In this document: positions 1 through 12,007 of the stretch, in pieces
Position numbering within the stretch: position 1 is the first letter of the stretch
Layout of the letters: each line of letters begins with the position of its first letter
Origin: Neolecta irregularis DAH-3
Lineage: Eukaryota
Assembly (NCBI GenBank): GCA_001929475.1
Contig: LXFE01000143.1
Location: 1 to 52,506, forward strand
Direction of reading: 5' to 3'
DNA length: 52,506 nucleotides
Notes under the pieces: generated by a model
What the model was told of the DNA's origin: nothing
Seen by the model: only the letters and a program-made list of their open reading frames with translations
Databases searched by the model: none
Made by a program: the position numbers and the translations under genes

Positions 1-1526
1 GGCTAGGTATGTCCCTGTACGGAGTTACAACACTTAGGCTAGAAATATATCCTGGTCTTATTTGTAGCTTCTGGCGTTACGCCTACAGAGTGAAGCTGAG
101 CCTACCTCTCCATTACTGCGCCGCCCATTACTGCCCGACCTCCTCGTCTGCTGCAGCGGCGGTATGACACAAAGACTCTGACGAGTGCATAGTTGTCAAC
201 AGAGTTGTGCAGTGCAACTGAGTTTCACCCCCTGATTTTCTGGGATAGGCAGGCGGGTATTTCGTAGAATTCTCAGCGTCTAGAAGTTTTGCACGGTTCA
301 AGGTGACTGGCATCGTATACAATTGTACCAATCAAATAACGCGTCACTTGTGTTGCGAACGAATATCACTCTGGGGTTCATAGTAACGTGAAATTGTCAA
401 AGTAACAGGATAACTAGATAGTCATTCCATCCAGCAGCTTAAGTGATAGGGATCGTCTAGATTCCCTTCAATCCTAGCTTCAAACTTTCTGTCAGCCCAT
501 GTCTGGGATTTTTCACATACAACACCCCATAATATTTCCGTGCTTTGGACAATTTCTCGTTGAGGTGAGGGCTATCTTGCCATCCTTGCATCGATAGAAC
601 GAAGGGTCATTATCGTGTGCAAGCATACTTTTAGCGTTTACCGAAAATCTAGCGTAATTGGGTGTTCAGTTGGCTGGAATTATTTGATAACTCGAGTCCA
701 CATCCAAAAATGTCCCCCTTCGCTTTTGATCATAAAGATATAGGTTTCCTTTCTTTGTTGCCAAGCCAGAATTGGGATACTTCCCAGACTTGAAAACACC
801 TTGATCAATCTTGAAAAAGTAATCTGAAGCTTCGTCGCTTTGAAAATAACAAGTTGGATTGCTGGGGACTGCTTCTGCTTTACTTGTAACACAGAAAAAG
901 CGAAGCCAGCAAGGAGAGAGAGAAAATTCATTGAAAGTGGAGACTCTCGGTGCGATTGAGAGCGGTCTTATAGCTTTTCACTTTAGGCTATTATATCTAG
1001 TTTTCTCCAATCAGAGCAACGTTCCCAACCGACTGGACTACAATCTAGTGGTCCAATCGATTGGGAACTCTGAATCAGAGACCCTCGAAGCCTATCACCC
1101 TAGAGGCTAAAATGCCTACCTACAAATAATTGTCCTTTTCGTTAACTTTAACCCTGATTACTATGCTGAGCATAGTAAACTACTGCCAAATCATCTCCTC
1201 ATCAAAATACTTAAGAGTTTGCGGGACACTGAGGCGGTGTGTATGCTGAATATGGCGGCAATAATGGTGTAAAGTTGTATACGGAGCGCAGTTTTGGGTC
1301 ATCAAGATGTTCTCAATGCTGCTGTCTGCCGAGGAACTCGGACGGACGAATACGGAGACAGTAGAAGAGCTTCGTCACCCGTCGATATCGTTGGCGCCGG
1401 AGTACATGGAGAAGCAAAAAGAGGTTCAGTTAGTTGAAGTTCTGGATCTCAGTCGGTAAATCAGTAAGTGTATAATACTGTTAAGAAACCCGAGCTCTTG
1501 TACTGATTGAATCGCATTGTTGTACT

Positions 1527-1548
1527 CTAACCCTAACCCTAACCCTAA
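1527..1548 (+). repeat. Interstitial telomeric repeat CTAA(CCCTAA)3
   Basis: ctaaccctaaccctaaccctaa read directly; TTAGGG-type telomere repeat. Confidence 0.85.
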
Positions 1549-2023
1549 GTATGAATTTTGCACCGAGATCGTCTGGAAATATATCCTTTAAAAGATTTGC
1601 CCACCCATGATACTATTTAGCTTATGCCATGGCAAACTCTGTTATAGAGATAAGGACCATTCTATGGAACAGTTCAAATAACTTTGGCAGCTCATCGAGC
1701 AATGAAGCCTGTAATGCAAGATAATCTTCAGATGACGCCTCCAATATTTTGTCCGTCACTTCACCACATTCCCTAAAAGCTCTAGCATTGTGTGGTCAAG
1801 AAATTTGATGTCATACTTTGATATTGTCGCAGAGAAGGGGTCTCACGAATGTTGCAGGCCCAAAGCTCATGGGTTATCTATAAAGCCAGCCCATGGGCTC
1901 AGGTAAAGCTATTGAGAGCAACCATTCCAATATATAATAGATTGAGATACTATCTAGACTTTGTAGTTGACAGTCAATGATACAGTGAACAAGTAAATGA
2001 ATATTTTGATGAGCCAATGAGTA

Positions 2024-2349
2024 GGGACACAACCTTACCCCACCGTCACAACCCCACCAGCTTGCCACCGCCACCGCCACCGCCCAATCATCGGAAGGAT
2101 CACAAAGAGCAGCAAGGGCCGCAACTCATCCCAGTCAGGCCGGTCACAAGCATCGCCACCCTGCAAGGCAACAGAATGGCGGGCAGGCAGTTGACACTTG
2201 ACAGTAGCAGCTCATGGTGCCCAGCTGGACTAGCTGGCTAGGCTTTCACATGATATTCAATATACGTAGTTACTCTTACTCTTAGTATCTACATCGGCAT
2301 TTCCAACCTAAGTCCAGGTCAGCACCCAACCCCAGGTCGTGTGCTGACA
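2024..2349. mobile_element. Solo LTR-like repeat, copy 1
   Basis: About 330 bp colinear with 8643-8959 (shared gggacacaac...gccaccgcccaatcatcggaagga...tgatattcaatatacgtagttactcttact...gtgctgaca); ends in TGACA; no TSD found. Confidence 0.65.
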
Positions 2350-3327
2350 CAATGACTTGTCCAAGTTGTGTTGGTGAAAATGTGCTCTATAGCTGATACT
2401 GAGGATACATTTCATTGTTTGATATTGAATGTAGTACCTAGCAGCTGCATTTCCATTAGGGTTGATACCTGAACTTGTGTGGTGGAAGCCCGAGTCTGAG
2501 AGGCAGGAGCGGGCAGCAAATGTGATGACTGACGAAGGCAATTTGCGGGAAGATGAGGTGTCTGAAGTTGAAGTGCCAGCTGCAGGTGGGAAATCGCGAT
2601 TGGCAGGCATGCGATCTACTGGGCGGCAGGGTTAGGGTTAGGGAGTCCTTTAGGCGTGCGACCAGCGGGACTAGGCCTGCAGTGGGAATCGCTCGTCGAT
2701 CTCTGCGGGCGACGGCAGCTTCTACGAAGGAGTCTTGGGCGAGGGGCCCTGATTTGTCCAGGGGGTTTGAGGTCTCGGGGAGGGTTCTGGAATGGAAGGT
2801 TTGTTTTGGGGGTGGGATCGGCAAGATCTGAGTGATCTGAAGGCTCTGGAAGACCTGGAATAGGGGTGTCGAGGTGTTTCTGAACAAATTGGAAGAGGTT
2901 TTTGAATATGATAATTAGGTGATTCGTTTGTGTTGTGATGGACATTTGTGAAAGGTTGCCATCTCAACTTCACTTGATGCAAAGAGCAATACCTGAGGCT
3001 ATTCACATGGCATCTAGATGGTCTGCGAATCAATTGAGTCCGGGTTGCAGCACAGGCCAGACACGATGATGTGAGAGAACTTGTGGCAGATGTTGATCGT
3101 GGGGAGGGTGTGGTGACAGGGCAGCAGCAGCCTACAGGGTCAGTTCGAGGAAAAAGGAGAAGACGGCATAGGGCAACAGGGTGAGAGAGATAGGGGTGGC
3201 ATGGAAAAATATGAATTAAAATAATTGTTCATATGTACTATCTAATATCAGGCAGGTGATATGGCCCGTTTAGGCCCTGGGCACAATGGGCCAGGCGTTC
3301 TCCTTGGCCCGCCCAACCGCAACACTG
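2350..3327 (-). mobile_element. Degenerate DNA transposon (hAT-like) fragment with CAGTGTTG terminus
   Basis: Reverse complement of the end reads cagtgttgcggttgggcgggcca...gcctggcccat...aaacgggc, homologous to the element end at 22463; interior is GC-rich with broken minus-strand ORFs; left boundary uncertain. Confidence 0.45.
2628..2643 (+). repeat. Short telomeric repeat AGGG(TTAGGG)2
   Basis: agggttagggttaggg read directly. Confidence 0.6.
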
Positions 3328-3868
3328 CTTCCTAGTCTCTACAAACTTCTCTATTCGACGAATATAAGCAAGATTGCAACAAGGGAGTTGTCTATACACC
3401 TGGGCAGGCAGCGAGATCTTTTGGATCAGCGCATCTCATGTTGCATACTCGCTTTGAGAAAACTTATTTACTATTGCAATGGTTTATTCCACATTTTCTG
3501 ATTACCATGAGAATTCGACTTTTAGATTGAATATCATTGGAATATGATAAATCCATCGTGGATCTTTTACCTTATCAACGTGCGACATTGCCTCAGTGTA
3601 TAACATGTCGATGCTCTCGCGTTCACGACCTTGACATTGCCCAACTAATGACAGACAGGTCTAGCCTACCTGAAAATAATTATTACATCAGTTATCTATT
3701 TCATTCACGTTTGACATAAAATTGAGCAATCTGTTTGTAGAATCTTAAATTTCTGCTTGCGCATCTGATCTTAATAAAAACGCCATATCGCCATGCCGAT
3801 TCTCCAGTGTTTCACGGGACAATCTTCCGTTGCTGACCTTAAACTACAACCACCCCTTGACGACTATT

Positions 3869-5434
3869 ATGCCTACTCACCAGGACGACTATGATCATGA
3901 AAACACAGTCTTCAAGATTTCACAATTGAGAAAAAGTAGATTCCTGCACGACGAACTCGCTAAATTTAGGTTGCACTATTTGTAGAGCCCAGAAACTCAA
4001 GGTCTGATATATTTGAGATTATGTTCACATTAGTGCGATGAAACGAAACCTGTATGCGATCATTGCACAAAGGCTGGTACCGAGTGCATATATCAACATT
4101 TTGATCTTCGTTGGAATGAAAATGCCACATTAGATAATTCTGGAAGATTGTCAGTTTGGACGGATAGAATCTCTAACTTTACGCACGAAGAATGTGAATT
4201 GTCACCATCTAGCAGTGACACAGAGTCCTCTATGAGTCGAAAAAATGTAGAGCATACAGACAAGCCCTACGTTACTAAAATCCATGCATTCTTTCGCCAG
4301 TCAGTTGAAAGTCTTCAAATACGTCGCCCTGAACCTCTTCCAGATCTTTTACTGGAAAGTTCAATAAATCGGGAAATTTTCCAGTACTACTTGAGCTACC
4401 ATACTCGTCTTCTCGTTGCAAGAGACGATTCAAGTAATCCGTTCAGAACGATAATAGCACCATTAGCATACAACTCCACTCTTCTCCTAGGTACAATCTT
4501 GGCTGTATCTGCCATCCACCGCCAAAAATCCGGAAACGCTCATCCAAAGTGGATTCATATATATTCTCTTCTTGATGATATCTTTCGTGACCTCGGAGCT
4601 ACTTTAGAAACTGTTGAGGGGCAAAGAGAACCAGGTACCCTTGCCACCCTGTTAATGCTCTCACACATGTCAACGTCAATGTATCCCTCTTCACCCCCTT
4701 TCACACCCCATTTTGAAGCTGCGAAAATGATTATTGAACATCAAGGTGGACCTAAGAAATTACTATTAGAACATCCTTTTCTGGTCGAATGGTTTGCATT
4801 GTTTGATATTATGCAAACGATGATGGGAGAGTCTTCAGGACTTGCATGGAATGGATTATATTGGTTGACCCCTCAAACTCTCCCGCGAATAAATCGTTTA
4901 TTCGGCTTCTCAGGATCTTTAGCAACTCATTTTCAACAAATCAATATTCTTCAAACACGTCTACTTGCAATTCGACAATTGTCTGAACCAGGCTTTAAAT
5001 TTTCAAATAGTGATCTAGATATTAAAACCCTTCTAGACAAAATCACGACGGGAAGAGTTGTCGAAGATTTTGGTGACCATGATTTTGTTATTTCAAGTGA
5101 AGTCTTTCGAGTCGTGGTGTTACTAAAGTACTATCGAGTCTTACTTGAACAGCCTGCTGATTCATGGAAAATTGAAAGTCTTGTTGGACGTCTCGAAGGT
5201 CTGATTGGCAGGATCTTTGATTCAAAGGACATCCTTCCTGCATATGCAATTCGTATGATGTGGCCACTGTTAGTAGTATCTGCCGAAACACTAGATAGTA
5301 GTCAAGTCCAACTTTTAGCAAAAGTGAAAACGTTGAGATCATTAGGAATAGGGAATTTGGGAGATGAAAATGCGCCTATTGGTGATATCTGGAGACTCGG
5401 GTTAGACCAGAGCCAGGTGTTCTCGTTTGTTTAA
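3869..5434 (+). CDS. Zn(II)2Cys6 fungal transcription factor with C-terminal fungal TF domain; 2 introns (3936-3969, 4002-4033)
   Basis: Spliced N-terminus gives CTICRAQKLKCDETKPVCDHCTKAGTEC, joined in frame to ORF 4148-5434. Confidence 0.85.
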
Positions 5435-5506
5435 TATAGCATTTTCAACGAAGAAATAGTCCCAGGTGGATCTAAATCTATGTACAACAGGCCCGCTATT
5501 GTACTC

Positions 5507-7995
5507 TTAGCCAGTCATTACTCTCTCCAGTTTTGAAGCCCGTAGTTCTTTTAGCCGTGCCTCCATTTCAGGTACAGTGCGAAGATTGATTTCTAAGTTT
5601 TGTTTTTCCTCTTCTAATGCAAGTCGTTTTTCAACGTCCAATTTACAAAACACATACCCTCCATGTCCATCGTACTACCAGTTAAAATAACTCTAGAGGG
5701 CGAAATACTTGTAAAATATAATTGTGATATTTCCATAGACTTTGGCGATGACTTACACTGAGAAGCGTGATTCCCAGTTTAGCAGCATGAGTGTACAACG
5801 TGGTCTCGATATCCATCGACACCGCACTTGTACATTCATCAAGAATAGCATATTTTGGTTTATGATAAAACAAACGGGCCATCGCAATCAAATATATCAG
5901 TATTTGCAAACAAAGATGTATACCCTCTGTTTATCGCCTCCGGAGAGAGCCGAGCCCCATTCTCGTTCAGTGTCCCAACCGCCCTCTCGATCTACGATTC
6001 CTGAAATTTGTAATAATTCGAGAATGTGCATGAGATCATCGTCTGTGATTCCCCGGGCGGTCATTTCAAGACGGGTGTGTGGGTATATTACTTGATCGCG
6101 GAGGGTTCCAAGACACAAGTATGGTTTTTGGGGGATGTAAAAGATATCTTTTGAGTTGGGTTTACGTACCGTGCCGCCGTAAATAGGCCAGAGACCGCCT
6201 AGTATACGGAATAAACTACTTTTTCCTGATCCATTCGGTCCAGTAATGAGTGTATGTTGTCCAGGTTTCACATAAAAATTCAATTTTCGAACGAGTATGT
6301 CCCCGTTTGGTGAGATGATGGGGACGTCATCAAACACGATATCTCGACTGTCAATCACTGTCCCTCGGGATGCTAAAAGTTTACGGTCGGCATTGGTGAC
6401 TAGCTGTTTCTGGAAGTGATCCTTGGAGATATCGTCCATGGTTTCCAGCAATTCTGAAACACGAAGGGTGTATCCAGCAAGTTCGGCGATGTCTTTGTAA
6501 GAGTACATCAACCGCCCGATCGCATCTGAACTGGACAAGAGTAGTCGTCTATTTGTGACAAAACCTGCAATTAGAATTCTTTCAGTCAGGACGGGAATTA
6601 CCTTCAGTCCGACCACCAAGGCTCTTGTTTCCGATACCGGGAACCTTGAAGAACACGGGAACAGCGCACATGACGAGGCCTAGTGCACCCCAAAGATATT
6701 TGATCACGCTCAGGAAGTTAAATTTAGCTCTTCAGGGGAAAACTTACAAATCCTCCATCATTCCATGCCACAACCTTTGACGGAGAATTCTATTGATATG
6801 TTTTATCAATGCAAAGTATCCTCGATCCAGTGCCGTCCGTTCAATTTCATATCCCTGATAGAACGCAATTTCTTCAGAGTAATCGATCAATCGGGTATGC
6901 GTAAATCTGTACTCTCCTTCCAATCTCGCTTCTTCAGCAACATATTTCCCAAAACTAGGATTAAAAAAGGAGTTTTTATTAATAAACCATACGGTGGAGT
7001 TAGTGCTTTCATTACATTTCCACTGAGCTGAATAAGACAAGTCAGTGCAAACAGAGCCTCTGAGCCGACATTTCTAGAGAGTTTCCAATTATAGATAGTC
7101 ATATCGAGAACGGGTTTAGCGAGATTTGAAAAAATCTCCGCCAATGCATTGCTAAATTTGGCAACATCGACAGTGATCACCCTGCCGTGTCAGCCATAGA
7201 ATTCCACAGCGAGCTTACTGATCAGCGTTTTTGATGCGGTCGTCCAGATTAGCCAAAGCATAAAAGGTCATCTTCGAGAGGTATTGTTTGTGAATATGGC
7301 TAGTGAGCCGAGTTCTGTAAGAAATTGCGAGTTTGCATTGAAGAAAGGATATCTAGGTAGGCGTCAATGGAAATAGCAAGTCGGTCAAACCATGGAATTG
7401 GTGTAAGTTGCAGGAACTAAGTATTAAGATCGATTTCATAGCAAAAATATAGAAGTACCGGCGACTATCATCCACCAAAGTAGAGAAATCAAAAATTCTT
7501 TTCCTTTTCCTTTAACCTGGGGATAAGCTTGGATAGGAGATCTCTTTTACAAGCGCAGAAACAATGTGTCCATCTAATTCCGCAACGTATAAAGACACAA
7601 GGGTCCGGAAGACAAGAAATGCAGAGTACGAAGTAAGAAGGCCAAATTCTTTTGTTCGGATGCCAGGAACGACGATCTTTAGCAGTTTGTGCATTCGCTC
7701 AAAGAACGCGCGATTGATCTGGCATTAGAAATTTGTGTTTTTAAGCGCAAACCTCCGCTCCCTGCTTTCTACGACCATGCTTTGGTTTCTGGTCGGCTAC
7801 TGCAAGTCTGAGGCGGTTTATCCGATTATCAGCAAGGAGAAAAGTTGGGGCAGATACTACTGAGAGAATAAGAGTAATCCATGTTGCGCGAGTAATTAGT
7901 GTTCGGTGGAGAAGATATTTTTGAGCAATAGTTCCGAGAACTGAGCGGATATGTTTGTCTTCAAAACTATTACGCAAAGTCGACTGGCTCGACAT
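5507..7995 (-). CDS. PXA2: Peroxisomal ABCD half-transporter (Pxa2/PMP70-like), 11 introns
   Basis: Walker [10 protein letters not shown], signature [35 protein letters not shown]-like [22 protein letters not shown]; two introns need non-AG acceptors. Confidence 0.85.
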
Positions 7996-8627
7996 TATGG
8001 ATGAGTGTGGCGGTGTGGATGTGGGCCATCACAAGCTCGGCCTAACAAAGAATGCAATTGTTTCATCCATACACAAACTATATAATTTGATCTAGAATAT
8101 ACTCTAGAAGGATATGAGGGAACAATACATGTAGGGATTCTGGAAAACCCTTCTGGCCCAGCCCAGGGCAGCAACTGAGACACCAAGTTGGCTCCCCGAC
8201 CCAAATACCCTATGGAATTTGTGTGATGGCGTGATGAGGAGCGATGTTCAGTATCATTAACTATATAAGGAAACTCTATCGGGACTGGCCAGGTAAACTT
8301 ATCACTGTACTTGATGGTATTAGTTACTTCTGTTAAGACTCACGCCCCATATGAGTATAACTGCTCTAGTGTAGATACAGACTTTAGGTTGTCGCGTATT
8401 CAGACTGGGTACTCCTATTAGATTGCTACTGTGAAAAGCCTACCCGTTAAGCGGGGTAGGCTCTCTTTGAATAGTAAATGTACACTACTTGTAAGGATAT
8501 ACTAAAGGTTCCGTGATTTGCATTACTTCTCCGGATGGGTCGTTCAAACACCACACCTGTACTTCTCCGCGATTCCGTAATCCGTCCGCCCCGACTGGGT
8601 TTTTTGCTATCTGTTCTGTGTGCTTTC

Positions 8628-8959
8628 TGTTGGGTAGGTGTGGGGACACAACTTTACCCAACCATCGCAACTCCCGCCAGCTTGCCACCGCCACCGCCCA
8701 ATCATCGGAAGGAGCGCAGGGAGGAGCAAGGGCGCATCTCATCCCAACCGGGCCTGTTACAGGCGTCGCCACCCAGCAAAGCAATAGGGGGGCAGGCAGA
8801 TGACGGTAGCAGCACATATATAAGTAGCGCCCAGCCGGACTAGCTGGCCCGGCTTTCACCTGATATTCAATATACGTAGTTACTCTTACTCGAAGTATCT
8901 ATGTTGGCATATCCAACCAATGTCCACATCAGCACCCAGCCCCAGGTCATGTGCTGACA
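8628..8959. mobile_element. Solo LTR-like repeat, copy 2
   Basis: TG...CA bounded (tgttgg...gctgaca), internal TATA-like tatataag, colinear with 2024-2349. Confidence 0.65.
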
Positions 8960-9751
8960 GTAGATGTCATCCTCTGTGATTGGCCCAGCCTAATCCCGTG
9001 AGGGAGCGCATAGGGATACCATCTACACCCAACTATTCAGTAAGAGTCAAAGGCTCAAGAGAGCAAAAGTACAATACACTCACGATCCATTTGTACATCT
9101 GTAATGCTCTAAATATTGAAGTAATGAGGACTATCTCAACTCTAGCTGGATTTTTACCATGGCTATTGACGAGAGACTACGCAAAACACCAATTGCAAAT
9201 ACAACGCTTGTCCTAATCGACAAGAGTAACCAAAATTAATATCTAAATAGTTGTCTGTAGATCTGCAGTCTAATCCCGGTAATATTTAGTCATTCATCAA
9301 GTGCTTTGGGTTAAAAGAGTTGATTAAGATTACGGGATGACCCTAAGTCTGTCATGGAACAATCAATGTTCTGAAATATCTGTGATTGACAGCCACACTG
9401 AAACAAATAGAACGCTCAATACTGTACACACTCCTCATATGGAAATGCCGTAGCACTTTTCGATATAAACCAAATTCCATCTCAAGTCAATAACTTGATA
9501 TGTGTCAGGGGATGAATCAGCCAGTAAATTATATGGCCTTGCACATCTATTTCTTGCTCTCAAATAAACAGTCAGATATATTTCCGCCAATCACCGCGTA
9601 ATTCACCCCTAATCGTTGGTAGTTGAGCCATCCGCTAACGATTTCATTTGTGTGAGCGGTTTGTATGCGTGATACAGATTAGCAACAAGACATTTAAGGA
9701 GACGGATCGCTATATGCTTTCAACAGCTATATTACCTTTCTTTCTATCATC

Positions 9752-10648
9752 ATGGGGCATAGGCAGAGCCGCCATACCAAGTCTAATGTAATGGGTCATC
9801 AAGTTCGGTTTCATCCAGACTCGAAGCAAGTCAGCAAAGCGTGTCGTCGCCGATTTCTTAAAGGCTGGTCCTTTCCCTCTGCAAAACATAAGAAAAACTT
9901 TATAGACTTCAAATTTTATCAATTCGGTTGTGCGGCGTTTCCAGATAGTTTGAGTGAACGGTTTCCTCTTATTGTCGATTTCACCACGGTAATGTTGCTG
10001 CTCAATGATATCATCGACACAATGCAAGGTAAAGATCGCGTCGACTATGCGTTGCGCATAATTAGTATTTTCGAAGGCCGAGTAGAACCGCAAACTCCCG
10101 TTGAACAATTCTCCGCACGAGTTTTTGCACCGATTGCCGAAGCAGGTGAATGGCACGTTTGGGATATTATCGAGGGAATACGCAAATTTGTTGATGCGGC
10201 CCAAGTACCTACAAAGGACGTTACAACGTTGCGGCACTACATTCAAGTCGAAAGTAACGCTGGATATCCTTATTATTCTGCGCTCATGCGATACAGTCTT
10301 GCACTTAAATATCAACCACAACAAGACCTTCGAATCATGGGTATCGATAAAGTCGCTGCATGCCAAGCTCTTATCTTCAACGATCTAGTTTGTTTCGATC
10401 ACAAATGTAAACTGAATGAAATTCTTTTTTGTGCTGTCAAAGTAATGGTTGAACACGAAAAACGGGACATCAAAACTGCAAAGGAAATTATCCTTCTCAT
10501 GGCGATGGAAATGTACGATGTAGTTGTTTATGGAACGGAACTTCTTGCAAACGATACTTCGATTTCACAAGATGCAAAAGTATATCTTTTGGCTCTTCCT
10601 TGGTTCTTGAGCGGACATGAGCACTGGATAGCAAGTATTTATAAATAA
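9752..10648 (+). CDS. Class I terpene synthase-like protein (aristolochene/terpenoid synthase fold), intronless
   Basis: DDxxD-like LLLNDIIDT, NSE-like IFNDLVCFDHK, C-terminal LSGHEHW; true start codon uncertain. Confidence 0.6.
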   Translation: MGHRQSRHTKSNVMGHQVRFHPDSKQVSKACRRRFLKGWSFPSAKHKKNFIDFKFYQFGCAAFPDSLSERFPLIVDFTTVMLLLNDIIDTMQGKDRVDYALRIISIFEGRVEPQTPVEQFSARVFAPIAEAGEWHVWDIIEGIRKFVDAAQVPTKDVTTLRHYIQVESNAGYPYYSALMRYSLALKYQPQQDLRIMGIDKVAACQALIFNDLVCFDHKCKLNEILFCAVKVMVEHEKRDIKTAKEIILLMAMEMYDVVVYGTELLANDTSISQDAKVYLLALPWFLSGHEHWIASIYK

Positions 10649-10660
10649 CCTGGGCAATTT

Positions 10661-10685
10661 CTAACCCTAACCCTAACCCCTAACC
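10661..10685 (+). repeat. Interstitial telomeric repeat, about 4 x CCCTAA (one unit with an extra C)
   Basis: ctaaccctaaccctaacccctaacc, 13 bp after the terpene synthase stop. Confidence 0.85.
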
Positions 10686-10858
10686 AAACTTCTGTCAAGA
10701 ATCACTGTTCATACATGTACACGTTAACTCCAACGTGATATACTTTTTATAAATAGAATGCGTACATCATTATTTAAAGAAATTTGATACTAGAATTGAA
10801 TATTGTGCTAGTAATCCTCTAAATATTTTGCCCCGCTTTCTATCCACAACTCTTGAAT

Positions 10859-11895
10859 ATGTTAGCGTCCGCCCGTGACTTCAAGTATATTCTGTTGTTT
10901 CTTCGTATCTAATTTAAAAGTGCTGTTCGCAAAGCTATCCGAGATATTCTTCCGCAAAAAGGATACGACGATGGAAGTGCAGGACCGGTTCTCGTTCGTC
11001 TCGCATGGCATTGTAGTGGTACATACGACAACGAATCAAATACGGGTGGTTCAAATGGAGCCACCATGCGCTTCGCAATCGAAGCAAACGATCCGGCAAA
11101 TGCAGGTCTCCAGCAAGCCCGCGACTTTCTTGAACCAGTTAAAATGAAGTTTCCGTGGATTAGTTATGGCGATCTGTGGACTTTATCTGTACTATTTTTA
11201 TTTATGAGATATACTGAGACCAGGGCGTTGAGGCTATCAAAGCTATGGGCGGGCCAGATGTTCCTTGGCAAGGAGGTCGCTTGGACCATACCGACGATTC
11301 AGACGTCCCTGCGAATGGAAGATTACCAGATGGGGCCAAAGGAGAGGACCACTTGAGAAATATTTTCTATCGAATGGGGTTTAATGACCAAGAAATCGTT
11401 GCGTTGAGTGGTGCACATAATCTGGGGCATCGCCTATTCTAATCTCCATAAACTGATAAGTCAGACGATGTCATGCAGATCGATCTGGTTTCGAAGGGCC
11501 ATGGGTAAATAATCCGACTCGATTCTCAAATACCTAGTTCAACCTCTTTTAAAATTCAACTAATATCCAGTTTTAGATTGATGTTGAATGAAGATTGGAA
11601 ACTTGGACATAATTCAGTTGGAGTCCAGCAGTTTAGTGATTCTCGTAAACGCTTGATGATGTTGCCTTCTGATATGGCTCTTGTTCGTGATCCTCAGTTC
11701 AGGAAATGGGTAGAGCTATATGCCCAAAATCGGGAATTATTTTTCAAGGACTTCGCAAACGCATTTGGAAAATTAGTTGAACTTGGAATACAACGGGATA
11801 GCCAAGGGAATGTCATGAAAAAGGGATTGCAAAAGGGTAATGTCAAGGTCGACATTTCAGGGCCGGAAAGAGATGTTTCTAAAAGCAAGTTATAG
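10859..11895 (+). CDS. Class I heme peroxidase (cytochrome c peroxidase-like) with PTS1 SKL; 4 introns
   Basis: [39 protein letters not shown]-terminus SKL; introns 10885-10920, 11189-11223, 11427-11464 (GC-AG), 11537-11570. Confidence 0.9.
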
Positions 11896-12007
11896 AGTTT
11901 GAGTCGATTGAATTCAGCCTATGTTAGTATGTAACAATTAGTCTCTACCAGACTTCTATACAATAAAAGTAATGCTACCCGACAACTCCAAAATGACCAT
12001 ATTACTA

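Noticed and set aside
1-2000. Short ORFs and gene-like fragments
   Set aside because: Multiple stops and no recognisable family; probably decayed gene or transposon debris.
2456-3033. Telomerase RNA candidate around CCCTAACCCTAACCCT (minus strand)
   Set aside because: The tract is about 2.7 repeats, longer than a typical template; it lies in transposon-like debris, and I could not identify a pseudoknot or three-way junction.
8530-8605. B-box-like GTTCAAAC followed by a T-run (Pol III gene, tRNA or SINE)
   Set aside because: No cloverleaf or convincing A box.
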